A stretch of DNA of 64,000 nucleotides from contig OY969568.1 in assembly GCA_963701125.1 (NCBI GenBank), forward strand, positions 2,071,510 to 2,135,509, in the 5' to 3' direction. Position numbers and translations under genes: made by a program. Below the pieces are notes generated by a model that was not told where the DNA came from, did not search any database, and saw nothing but the letters and a program-made list of their open reading frames with translations. This DNA comes from an uncultured Actinomycetes bacterium. Its GTDB lineage: Bacteria; Actinomycetota; Thermoleophilia; Gaiellales; JAICJC01. Positions within the stretch are counted from its first letter, which is position 1. Each line of letters starts with the position of its first letter. Below are positions 18,971 to 27,838 of this stretch, piece by piece.

Positions 18971-20365
18971 TCAGTACGCCATCGCGAGGTTGCCAGAGCC
19001 GGCCGCCTCGTCATCGGTGGGCTCGGGCGGAACCTCCTTGGCGTAACGGAACATCAGCCATCCGTCGATCACGCCGAGCACCGTGTAGAGCAGCGTGAAC
19101 CCGATCAGCGACGTCGCCACCTCCCACGCGGGCACGCTCGGCGACACGGCGTTCTTCGTCAGGAGCAGGCCCTGGACGACCCACGGCTGGCGCCCCATCT
19201 CGGTGAAGATCCAACCGGCGGTGTTGGCGATGATCGGAAGCGCGATCGCCCAGGTGGTCAGGCGCAGGAACCGGCGCGAGGTCTCGAGCGTGCCTCGCCA
19301 CAGCAGCCACATCCCGTAGGCGCAGATCAGGATCAGGACGACGGCGATCCCGGTCATGATCCGGAACGCCCAGTAGGTGACGCCGATGACGGGCCGGTAG
19401 TCGCCGGGGCCGTACTTGGCCTGATCCTGGGCGTTCAGCGTGTTGATGCCGTCCACCTTCCCGCCGAGCGAGTTCGTGGCGAGCACGGAGAGCAGGTCGG
19501 GGATGCGGATGTCGAACGACGATCGGCCGGGATGCTCCGAGAACGGCGCGACGGCGAAGAGCGAGAACGACGCGTGCGAGGTCGTGTTGTAGAGCGCCTC
19601 GGCGGCGGCCATCTTCATCGGCTGCTGCCTGGTCATCAGCTGGGCCTGGCCGTGGCCGACAAGCGAGGTGAAGAGCGACGCCGCCAGCACGATCGGCAGG
19701 GCGAGGCGGATCGCCTTGCCGAAGAGCTCGGTCTCCGATCCGCGGGCGAGGTGCCATGCCGACACCCCGGCGACGAGCATGCCGGCGGTCATCACGGCGG
19801 CGCCGATCGTATGCGGGAAGGCGTAGAGCAGCGTCGAGTTGGTCAGCACCTCGAGGATGCTCGTCAGGTGGGCGTGGCCGGTGGCCGGATCGATCTTGTA
19901 GCCGACCGGATGCTGCATCCACGAGTTGGCGGCGAGGATGAAGTACGCCGACAGGTTGGTGCCGATGGCGACCGTGTAGATGGTCGCCAGGTGGACGCGC
20001 TTGCCGAGCCGGCCCCACCCGAAGATCCACAGGCCCAGGAACGTCGACTCGAGGAAGAAGGCCGCCAGGCCCTCCATCGCCAGCGGCGCGCCGAACACGT
20101 CGCCGACGTAGCGCGAGTAGGCCGACCAGTTCATGCCGAACTGGAACTCCTGCACGATTCCCGTGACGACGCCGATCGCGAAGTTGATCAGCATCAGCTT
20201 GCCGAAGAACCGGGTCAGACGCAGGTAGGCGGGGTCGCCGCTTCGGTGCCAGAGGGTCTGGAACACGGCCACGAGCCAGGTGATCCCGATCGTGATCGGG
20301 ACGAAGATGAAGTGGTAGATGGTGACATCGCCGAACTGCAGGCGGGCGAGCTGGAGGGCGCTCAC
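18971..20365 (-). CDS. cydA: Cytochrome bd oxidase subunit I
   Basis: LARLQF..YHFIF, QEFQFGMNW, ANSWMQHP, QPMKMAAAE, GWIFTEMGRQPW. Confidence 0.95.
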   Translation of the reverse strand: MSALQLARLQFGDVTIYHFIFVPITIGITWLVAVFQTLWHRSGDPAYLRLTRFFGKLMLINFAIGVVTGIVQEFQFGMNWSAYSRYVGDVFGAPLAMEGLAAFFLESTFLGLWIFGWGRLGKRVHLATIYTVAIGTNLSAYFILAANSWMQHPVGYKIDPATGHAHLTSILEVLTNSTLLYAFPHTIGAAVMTAGMLVAGVSAWHLARGSETELFGKAIRLALPIVLAASLFTSLVGHGQAQLMTRQQPMKMAAAEALYNTTSHASFSLFAVAPFSEHPGRSSFDIRIPDLLSVLATNSLGGKVDGINTLNAQDQAKYGPGDYRPVIGVTYWAFRIMTGIAVVLILICAYGMWLLWRGTLETSRRFLRLTTWAIALPIIANTAGWIFTEMGRQPWVVQGLLLTKNAVSPSVPAWEVATSLIGFTLLYTVLGVIDGWLMFRYAKEVPPEPTDDEAAGSGNLAMAY

Positions 20366-21192
20366 CGGACGACCAGCACGGAGCAGCCGGCGTCGTGGGC
20401 GACGCGCTCGCTGACGCTGCCGAGCGATCGCACCCCGTGCAGGCCACGGCTTCCGATCACGAGCAGGTCGGGGGCGGCCATGGTCAGCGCCTCGATGGGG
20501 GTCTGCGGATCCTCGCGCAGCGGGATGTCGGTGCCGCCCGCCTCGTCCAGGCTGCGCCGCACCGCACCGACGTCGGCCTCCGACTGACCGCCGGTCGCGA
20601 CCACGGCGTCGAGCTCGGCTCCAAGCCTCTGGGCCAGCGCGACGGCGACGTGGATTGCGCGCACCGACTCGGCCGAGCCGTCGGCGGCCACAGTCACCGT
20701 CGCCGGGAACGTGCCCTCGCCCGCAGGGCGTGCCATCAGCACCGAGCAGGGGGCGTCGTGCAGGAGCTGGGTGGCGACGCTTCCGAGCAGGATCCCGGTC
20801 AGTCGATTGTGGTCGTGCGATCCGACGGCGACCAGCGTGGCCTTCTGGCGGCCGATCTCGGTCAGGAGCATCGGGCCGGGAGGGCCCTCGACCACCGACG
20901 TCGAGACGACCAGCGACTTCGGCAGCCGCGGCCGGGCCGAATCGACGGCGGCCTGCAGCTCGTCACGGGGGAACGATGCGGTGCGCGACACCGGGGGCGA
21001 CCAGCCGACCGCGAGCGATGCGCCGGTGTTCCAGACGCTGCAGAGGACGACGTGCGCCGCCTCCGGCGCGAGGCGCGCCGCCTGGCTCACGGCCTCGTAG
21101 CTCTCGTCGGTGCCATCCAGGCCGCACACGATCCGGTCGAAGATCGCGGCCACCCCTGTGCGAGCCGCGCCGAGCGTCGATTCGGTATCCAT
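20362..21192 (-). CDS. Tandem-domain universal stress protein
   Basis: IVCGLDG..LLGSVA..APCSVL and VAADGS..GSRG..LGSVSERV; overlaps cydA start. Confidence 0.88.
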   Translation of the reverse strand: MDTESTLGAARTGVAAIFDRIVCGLDGTDESYEAVSQAARLAPEAAHVVLCSVWNTGASLAVGWSPPVSRTASFPRDELQAAVDSARPRLPKSLVVSTSVVEGPPGPMLLTEIGRQKATLVAVGSHDHNRLTGILLGSVATQLLHDAPCSVLMARPAGEGTFPATVTVAADGSAESVRAIHVAVALAQRLGAELDAVVATGGQSEADVGAVRRSLDEAGGTDIPLREDPQTPIEALTMAAPDLLVIGSRGLHGVRSLGSVSERVAHDAGCSVLVVR

Positions 21193-21215
21193 GTCGTTTG
21201 CTCCCGTCTCCCGAT

Positions 21216-23879
21216 TCACCATGTCTTGAGCGCCGTTGGCGCGGCCGAGTCCTCGACCCGGATCCGCGCGTCGACGGCGAGGCAGCCGTTCGGTCGGGCC
21301 ATGACCGGGTTCAGGTCGAGCTCGACGATCTGATGGAAGTCGGACGCAAGCTGGGCCAGGCGCCGCACGAGATCGGCCAGGGCGCGCGAGTCTGCCGGAG
21401 CCGCGCCGCGCATGCCGGCCAGGAGCGCCCCCGCCTTGCCGGCGGCGACGAGCTGGTCGGCGTCGACATCGGTCAGCGGCGCCGGCGCGAACCGGATCTC
21501 GCCCAGGAGCTCGGCCATCGTGCCGCCCATCCCGAACGCCACGACCGGCCCGAACACCGGGTCCTGCATCGCCCCCGCCATCACCTCGACGCCCCCGCGC
21601 ACCATCGGCTGGATGACGGCCGGGAAGCCGACGGTCGTGGTGGCCGCCGCGAGCTCGGCGGGCGTGCGCACGTCGAGCACGACGCCCCCCTTCTCGGTCT
21701 TGTGCACGCCCGCGGCGCCGGCTTTCACGACGACGGGGAACCCGAGCGCCTCGGCCGCCGCGAGCGCCTGCGAGCCGGTCTGCACGAGCTGCTGCGCCGC
21801 GGTCGGGATGCCGTATGCGGCCAGGAGCCTCTCGACCGCATCGGGGTCGAGCCAGCCCTCTCCGCCGGCCGCGAGCGTGGCGGCGACGATCTCCTCGCCG
21901 GCAGCCCGATCGACCTCGGCGTCGCGCACGCGCCCGATGGGCTGGCGCAGCCATTCGGCCCGCTCCGCCACCCGGCCGAGCACGCGGGCCGCCGTCTCGG
22001 GATACGCGAAGCACGGCAGGCCCGCCGCGATCCGCGTGCCCGCGCCGCCGGTCACCACGATCAGCACCGGCTTCTCCGCGTCGGTGGCCTTCGCCGCCGC
22101 GGCGATCGCGGCGATCACGTCGTCGGGATCGGCGACGGCGGTCGCGGTCACGAGCACGATCAGCGCATCGACGTCCGGGTCGCCGAGCACGAAGGGCGTC
22201 ACCGCGCCGAACACCTCCGGGGTCGCCGATCCGATGATGTCGACCGGGTTCAGCACGGTCGCCTCGCCGGACACGAGCTGGCTGATGTGCTCGCGCGTGT
22301 GCTGCGCAAGCTCCGAGAGCTCGAGGCCCGCGTTCGAGCAGGCGTCGCCGCACAGGATTCCGAGGCCGCCGGCATTCGTCAGGATCGCGGTGCGGCGGCC
22401 GTGAGGAAGCGGCTGCGAGGCGAGCACGTCGGTCAGGTCGAGCAGCTCCTCGAGCGTCGCGGCCCGAAGCACACCGGACTGGCGGAACAGGGCCTCGACC
22501 GCGGCATCCGAGCCCGCCAGCGCGGCGGTATGCGACTGGGCGGCGCGCGACCCGATCGGCGTGCTGCCGCCCTTGAGCGCGACGATCGGCTTGGTGCGCG
22601 ACACGCGCCGGGCGATCCGCCCGAACCGGCGCGGGTTGCCGAACGACTCCAGATAGAGGGCGATCGTGCCGGTCGGCTCGTCGTCCTCCCAGTGCTCGAG
22701 CAGGTCGTTCGACGACACGTCGGCCTTGTTGCCGACCGAGACGAACGACGAGACGCCCAGGCCGCGCCGCTCGAGGCCCTCGAGCACCGCGAGCCCGACG
22801 GCGCCGCTCTGCGAGGAGACGGCGACCCGCCCGGGCGCGAAGCCGGCCTGCGAGAAGGTCGCGTTCAGGTGCACGTCGCTCGAGGCGAGGCCGAGGCAGT
22901 TCGGGCCGATCATCCGCGCGCCGTAGCTGCGCACGAGCGCGAGCAGCTCGCGCTCGGCCCGCGCGCCCTCGAGACCGGTCTCGGCAAAGCCGGCGGTGAT
23001 CACGCAGACCGCCCGCACGCCGGCGGTGAGAGCCGACGCGACGGCAGCCTGCACCGCCGGTGCGGGGACGCAGATGACGACCAGGTCGACCTTCTCGGGC
23101 AGCTCCTCGATCGCGTGCGCCGCGGGGACGCCCGCGACCGGCTCACCTGACCTGTTGATGGGAAAGGCGCGCCCGGTGAAGCCGCCCTCGACGATGTTGC
23201 GGAAGACCGCTCCCCCGATTGCACCCGGCCGGGCGGACGCGCCGATGACGGCGACCGTCTTGGGCCGGAAGAACGCTCCGAGCGACTGGTCGATGGCGGA
23301 GTGGTCGCGCCTGTCGACCGCCTCCAGGAAGCGGTCGCTCGCCGCGATCTGCAGGCGCACCTGGATCTCGCCGCCCTCGAATGTCCGCTCCACGTCGTAG
23401 CCGGTGTCGGCGAACACCTGCAGCATGGCGTCGTTGTCCGCCATCACGTCGGCCACGAGCGTCTCGACGCCCGCGCGCGCGGCGGCGGCGGCGAGCTGCT
23501 CGACGAGCCGGGTGCCGACGCCGAGCCCCTGCATGTCCGTGGCGACGGCGAACGCCGCCTCCGCGAGACGGGGATCGCGGAGCCGGGCGTAGCTTGCCAC
23601 CGCCACCACCGCCTCGGCGCCGTCCTCGCCGCGCAGCACGCCGATCAGCGCGCCGCGGGTCGCCCAGTCGGGTTCGAGCAGGCCGTCGAGGATGTCGGGC
23701 CCGATCCGGCGCGTCCCGTGGAAGCGCAGATAGCGGCTCTCCTCGTCGAGCGCCGCGAAGAAGGCGAGCACGGCGCCGGCGTCGGCCGGTGCCGGCGGTC
23801 GCAGGCGCAGCGTCCGGCCATGACGAAGAATGACGTCGCGGACATGCGAACCGGTCGGTGAGTCGGGGGGACTCGACAT
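21216..23879 (-). CDS. GNAT + NDP-forming acyl-CoA ligase-like fusion (Pat-type)
   Basis: N-terminal GNAT (YLRF, AEAAFAV..QGLGVG), VAVIGAS, GPNCLG, SVGNKAD, SHTAAL, TNAGG, ATP-grasp HKTEKGGV, ELDLNP. Confidence 0.88.
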   Translation of the reverse strand: MSSPPDSPTGSHVRDVILRHGRTLRLRPPAPADAGAVLAFFAALDEESRYLRFHGTRRIGPDILDGLLEPDWATRGALIGVLRGEDGAEAVVAVASYARLRDPRLAEAAFAVATDMQGLGVGTRLVEQLAAAAARAGVETLVADVMADNDAMLQVFADTGYDVERTFEGGEIQVRLQIAASDRFLEAVDRRDHSAIDQSLGAFFRPKTVAVIGASARPGAIGGAVFRNIVEGGFTGRAFPINRSGEPVAGVPAAHAIEELPEKVDLVVICVPAPAVQAAVASALTAGVRAVCVITAGFAETGLEGARAERELLALVRSYGARMIGPNCLGLASSDVHLNATFSQAGFAPGRVAVSSQSGAVGLAVLEGLERRGLGVSSFVSVGNKADVSSNDLLEHWEDDEPTGTIALYLESFGNPRRFGRIARRVSRTKPIVALKGGSTPIGSRAAQSHTAALAGSDAAVEALFRQSGVLRAATLEELLDLTDVLASQPLPHGRRTAILTNAGGLGILCGDACSNAGLELSELAQHTREHISQLVSGEATVLNPVDIIGSATPEVFGAVTPFVLGDPDVDALIVLVTATAVADPDDVIAAIAAAAKATDAEKPVLIVVTGGAGTRIAAGLPCFAYPETAARVLGRVAERAEWLRQPIGRVRDAEVDRAAGEEIVAATLAAGGEGWLDPDAVERLLAAYGIPTAAQQLVQTGSQALAAAEALGFPVVVKAGAAGVHKTEKGGVVLDVRTPAELAAATTTVGFPAVIQPMVRGGVEVMAGAMQDPVFGPVVAFGMGGTMAELLGEIRFAPAPLTDVDADQLVAAGKAGALLAGMRGAAPADSRALADLVRRLAQLASDFHQIVELDLNPVMARPNGCLAVDARIRVEDSAAPTALKTW

Positions 23880-23995
23880 TCGCGAGAGGCTAAGCCGGGA
23901 TGCCGACCCGAGCATCCGTGGCATCGCCTAACCCTGTTTCGGGCAACTACCGAGCAGGAGACTAGACGGGTCCGGCCGAATGCGAAAGCGCGGGT

Positions 23996-24100
23996 CAGCT
24001 CGAACACCAGCCGCGCCGGGACGCCGCCCGCGACCCCCTCGGCGATCGACTCGATCACCGTCTCGAGCGGCCCACGAGCACGAGAGTGCCGCCGCCGGCT
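23996..24100 (-). pseudogene. Probable C-terminal remnant of an AdhP-type alcohol dehydrogenase
   Basis: Reads GPLETVIESIAEGVAGGVPARLVFEL, resembling actinobacterial AdhP C-termini as I recall them; rest of gene absent. Confidence 0.45.
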
Positions 24101-24118
24101 CTTACGGAGCCGCGGCGC

Positions 24119-24331
24119 TCACGCGGCCGACCGTTCCGCTGCGGCTTCCCGCAGGCTGATCGCGCCCACGGGGCACGCCGCGCAGATCCGCTCCGCCCGC
24201 GCCTGCTCGAGCGTGGCGACGCGGGCGCGTGCACAGCCGCCCCCGTCGAGCTCGACCGCCTCGGAGTCCTCCGCGACGCACTCTCCGTAGCCCACGCAGA
24301 CGTCGGGGTCGATGATCAGCTGCACGTTCAT
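24119..24331 (-). CDS. Small ferredoxin, probably 3Fe-4S
   Basis: CVGYGEC...ACPVGAI; AGAAGGAG RBS. Confidence 0.88.
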   Translation of the reverse strand: MNVQLIIDPDVCVGYGECVAEDSEAVELDGGGCARARVATLEQARAERICAACPVGAISLREAAAERSAA

Positions 24332-24375
24332 TGTCTATCTCCTTCTGCTGTGTGATGGTGGGGTGGTGGTCCTGC

Positions 24376-25491
24376 TCATGCCGCGAGCATGCGGCGGGCC
24401 TCGTTCAGCCGGGCCGGGGCGTCCAGCAGCACGACGCACGCCGGACGCCCCGTGTCGTCGTGGCCGACACGGAGGTCGTCGCGGCGCGACCATTCGCATA
24501 CGGCCGGCGCGAACCCGACCTGCTGGATGCGCAGGCTGCCGATGTCCGAGAACCAGTACGGATCGCGGACGTACGGATCGGCTGCTCCCAGCGCCGAGTC
24601 GGCCGCATGCACGCCGCTCGCGCGGGCGTTGTCCCAGTGGGGGACGGCGATCCGCCCGTAGCGCGGGTGCGGGAAGGCCGCCACGTCGCCGCACGCCCAG
24701 ACATCCTGCACGTCCGGCACCCGCAGGCGCTCGTCCGTGGCGACGGTCAGGCCGCCACCGAGGGCCGCGGGGAGCGTCGCGCTCACGCCGGTGGCGGCGA
24801 GGACGACGTCGGCCGCCAGGTCGCCGTGGGTCGACGTGCGCACCAACCACCCGCCGCGGGCGGGCTCCATGCCCGTGACCGCACACATTCGCAGAACCTG
24901 CACGCCCAGGCCGGCGAGGACGTGTTCGGTTGCGGCGCCGACCTCGGGGTGGTGGCGCTCGAGCACCCGGGATCCCCGGTCGAGCAGGACGACCCGATGG
25001 CGGCGGCCGAGCGTGGCAGCCGTCTCGCACCCGATCAGGCCTGCGCCGACGACGACGATCCTGCGACCAGGTAGGGCCAGCCGGGGCAGCAGGCGCTCGA
25101 TCGACGCGGCGTCGACATTCTGGTGGGCGGCGTCCAGCCCGGGCACCGACGGCCGGGCGATCCGCAGGCCGGTCGCCCAGACGAGCCGGTCGAACGCAAG
25201 CTGCCGGGGGGGCGAGCCGTGCCGCAGGCGTACGACCATGCGCCGGTGCTCGAGGTCGAGCGCCCCGGCCCAGCCGTCAACGTGATCGATCCCCATGCGC
25301 ACGAGCTCATCGGCGCCGGCCAGGTAGGGCACGGCGCCACGAACCAGGGCGCGCTTCGAGAGCGGCGGGCGGTCGCACGGCAGGCCGGGCCCGACGAGGA
25401 TCACCCTCGATCCGCGCTCGGCCAGGCGCCGCGCGCACGCATAGCCGGCGACGCCGTTTCCGACCACCGTGACCGGGTCGGCGCCGGGCAT
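24376..25491 (-). CDS. FAD/NAD(P)H ferredoxin reductase-like oxidoreductase
   Basis: VVGNGVAG, DRPPLSK, WATG, GAGLIGCE, ACGD, PYFWSD. Confidence 0.85.
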   Translation of the reverse strand: MPGADPVTVVGNGVAGYACARRLAERGSRVILVGPGLPCDRPPLSKRALVRGAVPYLAGADELVRMGIDHVDGWAGALDLEHRRMVVRLRHGSPPRQLAFDRLVWATGLRIARPSVPGLDAAHQNVDAASIERLLPRLALPGRRIVVVGAGLIGCETAATLGRRHRVVLLDRGSRVLERHHPEVGAATEHVLAGLGVQVLRMCAVTGMEPARGGWLVRTSTHGDLAADVVLAATGVSATLPAALGGGLTVATDERLRVPDVQDVWACGDVAAFPHPRYGRIAVPHWDNARASGVHAADSALGAADPYVRDPYWFSDIGSLRIQQVGFAPAVCEWSRRDDLRVGHDDTGRPACVVLLDAPARLNEARRMLAA

Positions 25492-26069
25492 CAGCCGCCC
25501 CCGTCCGGGTCGGTCGCGACGGACGCCACGGGCGTCCGGGCCGGAGCCGGCCGCACTCGCGATGCGGGCAGTGGGCGATCGAGCCAGCGGTACCAGGCGG
25601 CACCGGCGACGATCGCTGCGGAACACCCGTAGAAGCCGAGCGCCCACGCGGAGCGGGAGTCGGTGCCCGTCATCACGCCGTGGGCGAGCGCGGCGCCCCA
25701 GAACGCGTAGCCGAGGTAGTGCAGCGCCCGCCAGGCGCGCTGGCTCAGCCACCGTGCCTGCTTGAGCCGAAACGACGCGGGCAGCGCGATCGCCAGCCAC
25801 AGCGCCACGGCTCCGACGACGACGCCGGGACGTGGATCGCGCCCGACCAGCGAGCCGACGCCGACCCGCGCGAAGGGGTCGAGCATGAGCGTCGAGATGT
25901 GGGTGGCGAGCGCGACCAGGCCGAGCGAGGCCAGGAAGCGGTGGAAGCCGAGCGCCGCGGCCGGCGGCCGCCAGGCGCGCGCCGAGAGGCCGATGCCCCA
26001 CGCGACGACGAGCGTGTAGCAGGCGAACGCGACAAGGGCGCTGGCCCGGGCGATGTCCCAGAGCATCAT
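25491..26069 (-). CDS. Ferric reductase-like (MsrQ-type) heme membrane protein
   Basis: Five hydrophobic segments; FHRFL, THI, WRALHY, AHG..GTD His pattern. Confidence 0.85.
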   Translation of the reverse strand: MMLWDIARASALVAFACYTLVVAWGIGLSARAWRPPAAALGFHRFLASLGLVALATHISTLMLDPFARVGVGSLVGRDPRPGVVVGAVALWLAIALPASFRLKQARWLSQRAWRALHYLGYAFWGAALAHGVMTGTDSRSAWALGFYGCSAAIVAGAAWYRWLDRPLPASRVRPAPARTPVASVATDPDGGG

Positions 26070-26995
26070 TGCTGCACCATCTGCTCCCAGCGCGGCGTCG
26101 TCCGCGCGCGGCCGTCGATCGAGACCATGGCCGCCTCGGTGACGGCCTCGATGCGCTCGGGGCGCAGGGCGAGCACCTTGGCGAGCACGTCCGCGGCGAC
26201 GGGGTCGTCGCTGACGACGGTCGCGTGCGCCAGCGGCCCGGGCTGGCCGGTGTCAGGGTCGATCAGGTGGTGGGCCTCGCGGCCGTCCCCGTTGCGCCAC
26301 CTGCGCCGCCCGAACCCGGACGTGGCAACGCCCTGGCCGGCCCGCACGAGCACGTGCGCGACGATCGGAAGCTCGGGTGCGTCCTCGATCCGCAGGGCCG
26401 CGGCCCCGGGCGCCTCGACGGCGACGATGTGATCGCCGCGGGCCGCCACCAGGTCGCCGCCGGCGTCGACGAGGATGCTGGCGTCGTCGCACCGGCCGCA
26501 CAGCAGCGCGGCCGCCCGCCCGGCCATCCAGCTCTTCGCGATGCCGCCGAGGTCGACTCGCGTGCCGCGCGGGATCCGGGCCGTGCCGCGGCCGCGGTCG
26601 ACCTCGATCCGCGCGTGCAGCGGGCGGGCTCCCGGGCTCTGCGCGGCGTAGGCCGAGGTCTCGAGCAGACTGCGCCGGTAGCCCCACGCCGCGAGGGTGC
26701 CGCCGACGAGAGGCTGGAACACCCCGCCGGTCCGCTCCGCCCAGGTCACGCACGCCTCCAGGACGCGGAGCGTGTCCGCCGAGACGGTGACCGGCGCGCC
26801 TGCTGCGGTGTTCATTCGCGAGACCTCGCTCGCAGGCCGGAAGCGCGACCAGCGAGCCTCGTCGTGCTCGACCGCCGCCGCGACGACCCGGGCGAGCTCC
26901 GGTGTGACGCCGCCGCTGTGGTGGATGCGCCAGGTGGTGCCGGTCGCCCGCCACTCCCAGGCCGCTGATGTGGTTGGTGCGTGCGCGGTCGTCAT
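26066..26995 (-). CDS. apbE: FAD:protein FMN transferase
   Basis: WSRFRPASEVSR, DLGGIAKS, DAGGD, ATSG, HHLIDP.TG, ADVLAK. Confidence 0.9.
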   Translation of the reverse strand: MTTAHAPTTSAAWEWRATGTTWRIHHSGGVTPELARVVAAAVEHDEARWSRFRPASEVSRMNTAAGAPVTVSADTLRVLEACVTWAERTGGVFQPLVGGTLAAWGYRRSLLETSAYAAQSPGARPLHARIEVDRGRGTARIPRGTRVDLGGIAKSWMAGRAAALLCGRCDDASILVDAGGDLVAARGDHIVAVEAPGAAALRIEDAPELPIVAHVLVRAGQGVATSGFGRRRWRNGDGREAHHLIDPDTGQPGPLAHATVVSDDPVAADVLAKVLALRPERIEAVTEAAMVSIDGRARTTPRWEQMVQQ

Positions 26996-27399
26996 GGCGC
27001 GGGGCTCGTGTGCGTCGTGGGCGCCGGAGCCGGCGTGACGGGCGCCGGGGCGGGTGCCGAGGCCACGGGCAGCGAGACGGTCGCCGCGCTTGGGGACGGC
27101 GACGGGACCGTCGCCGTGGCCGCGGCGCCGGCGCGCTGGGCCTTCGCGATCGCAACGAGCAGCGTGTGCTGCGATCGCCGGGTGCGCACCACGAGCCGGT
27201 CGTACCGGACGACCAGACCGCGCATGCTGCGGGTCGTGTGCTGGTCGTGGGCGACTGCCTGCGCCGCCAGAGCGTGCCACGAGCGGGCATCGGCCTGCCA
27301 TGCGCTCGCGATCGAGCTCTGGTGGATCGACCACGCCAGCGCACCCCCGCAGATCAGCGCGATGGCCGTCGTGTAGATGCGAAGCGCGGTGCTAGTCAT
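26992..27399 (-). CDS. Small membrane-anchored protein with Pro/Ala/Thr tail
   Basis: N-terminal TM, helical middle, tail ending PTTHTSPAP; overlaps both neighbours. Confidence 0.7.
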   Translation of the reverse strand: MTSTALRIYTTAIALICGGALAWSIHQSSIASAWQADARSWHALAAQAVAHDQHTTRSMRGLVVRYDRLVVRTRRSQHTLLVAIAKAQRAGAAATATVPSPSPSAATVSLPVASAPAPAPVTPAPAPTTHTSPAP

Positions 27400-27766
27400 C
27401 GCCGCCTCCGTCTCCGCCGCCGTCGCCGCCGGCCGGGCTCGTTCGGGTGACGGGTGCCGTGGTCGCGGTCGCCACCGGCGCGGGGGCCGCGGCGGCCACG
27501 ACGACCGGAGCCGCGACGACTGCCACCTGCGGCGGCCGGTGGTGCACGTGGATCTTCGGCACGTGTGGCGGCCGCCATGTCAGCACGTGCAGCGCCGGGT
27601 GGGCTTCATGCCCGACCTGCAGCTCCCTCTGGAGCGTGGCGCGGGCGGCCGCCGACACCGGCAGGCCGGCTCCCAGCCCGATGTCGTGGCGCGCGGCGTA
27701 CGTGCCGCCGGCCACCATCAGGCCTGCGAGCACAGCCGCCCCGGCGACGGACGGATGGCTGATCAC
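27392..27766 (-). CDS. Small exported protein with Pro/Ala/Thr linker and Gly/Asp tail
   Basis: AGAAGGAG RBS + GTG; hydrophobic N-terminus; ends PVTRTSPAGGDGGGDGGGDD. Confidence 0.7.
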   Translation of the reverse strand: MISHPSVAGAAVLAGLMVAGGTYAARHDIGLGAGLPVSAAARATLQRELQVGHEAHPALHVLTWRPPHVPKIHVHHRPPQVAVVAAPVVVAAAAPAPVATATTAPVTRTSPAGGDGGGDGGGDD

Positions 27767-27838
27767 GGGTTCTCCTTCTGGTCGGGATAAGGGGGAGCGG
27801 GTCGCTCCCTCAACTCCACGGTAAGGAGGTCGCGTGAG

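Noticed and set aside
16283-20587. 1434-aa plus-strand ORF
   Set aside because: Antisense shadow of cydDBA; Arg-rich, no motifs, expected in high-GC DNA
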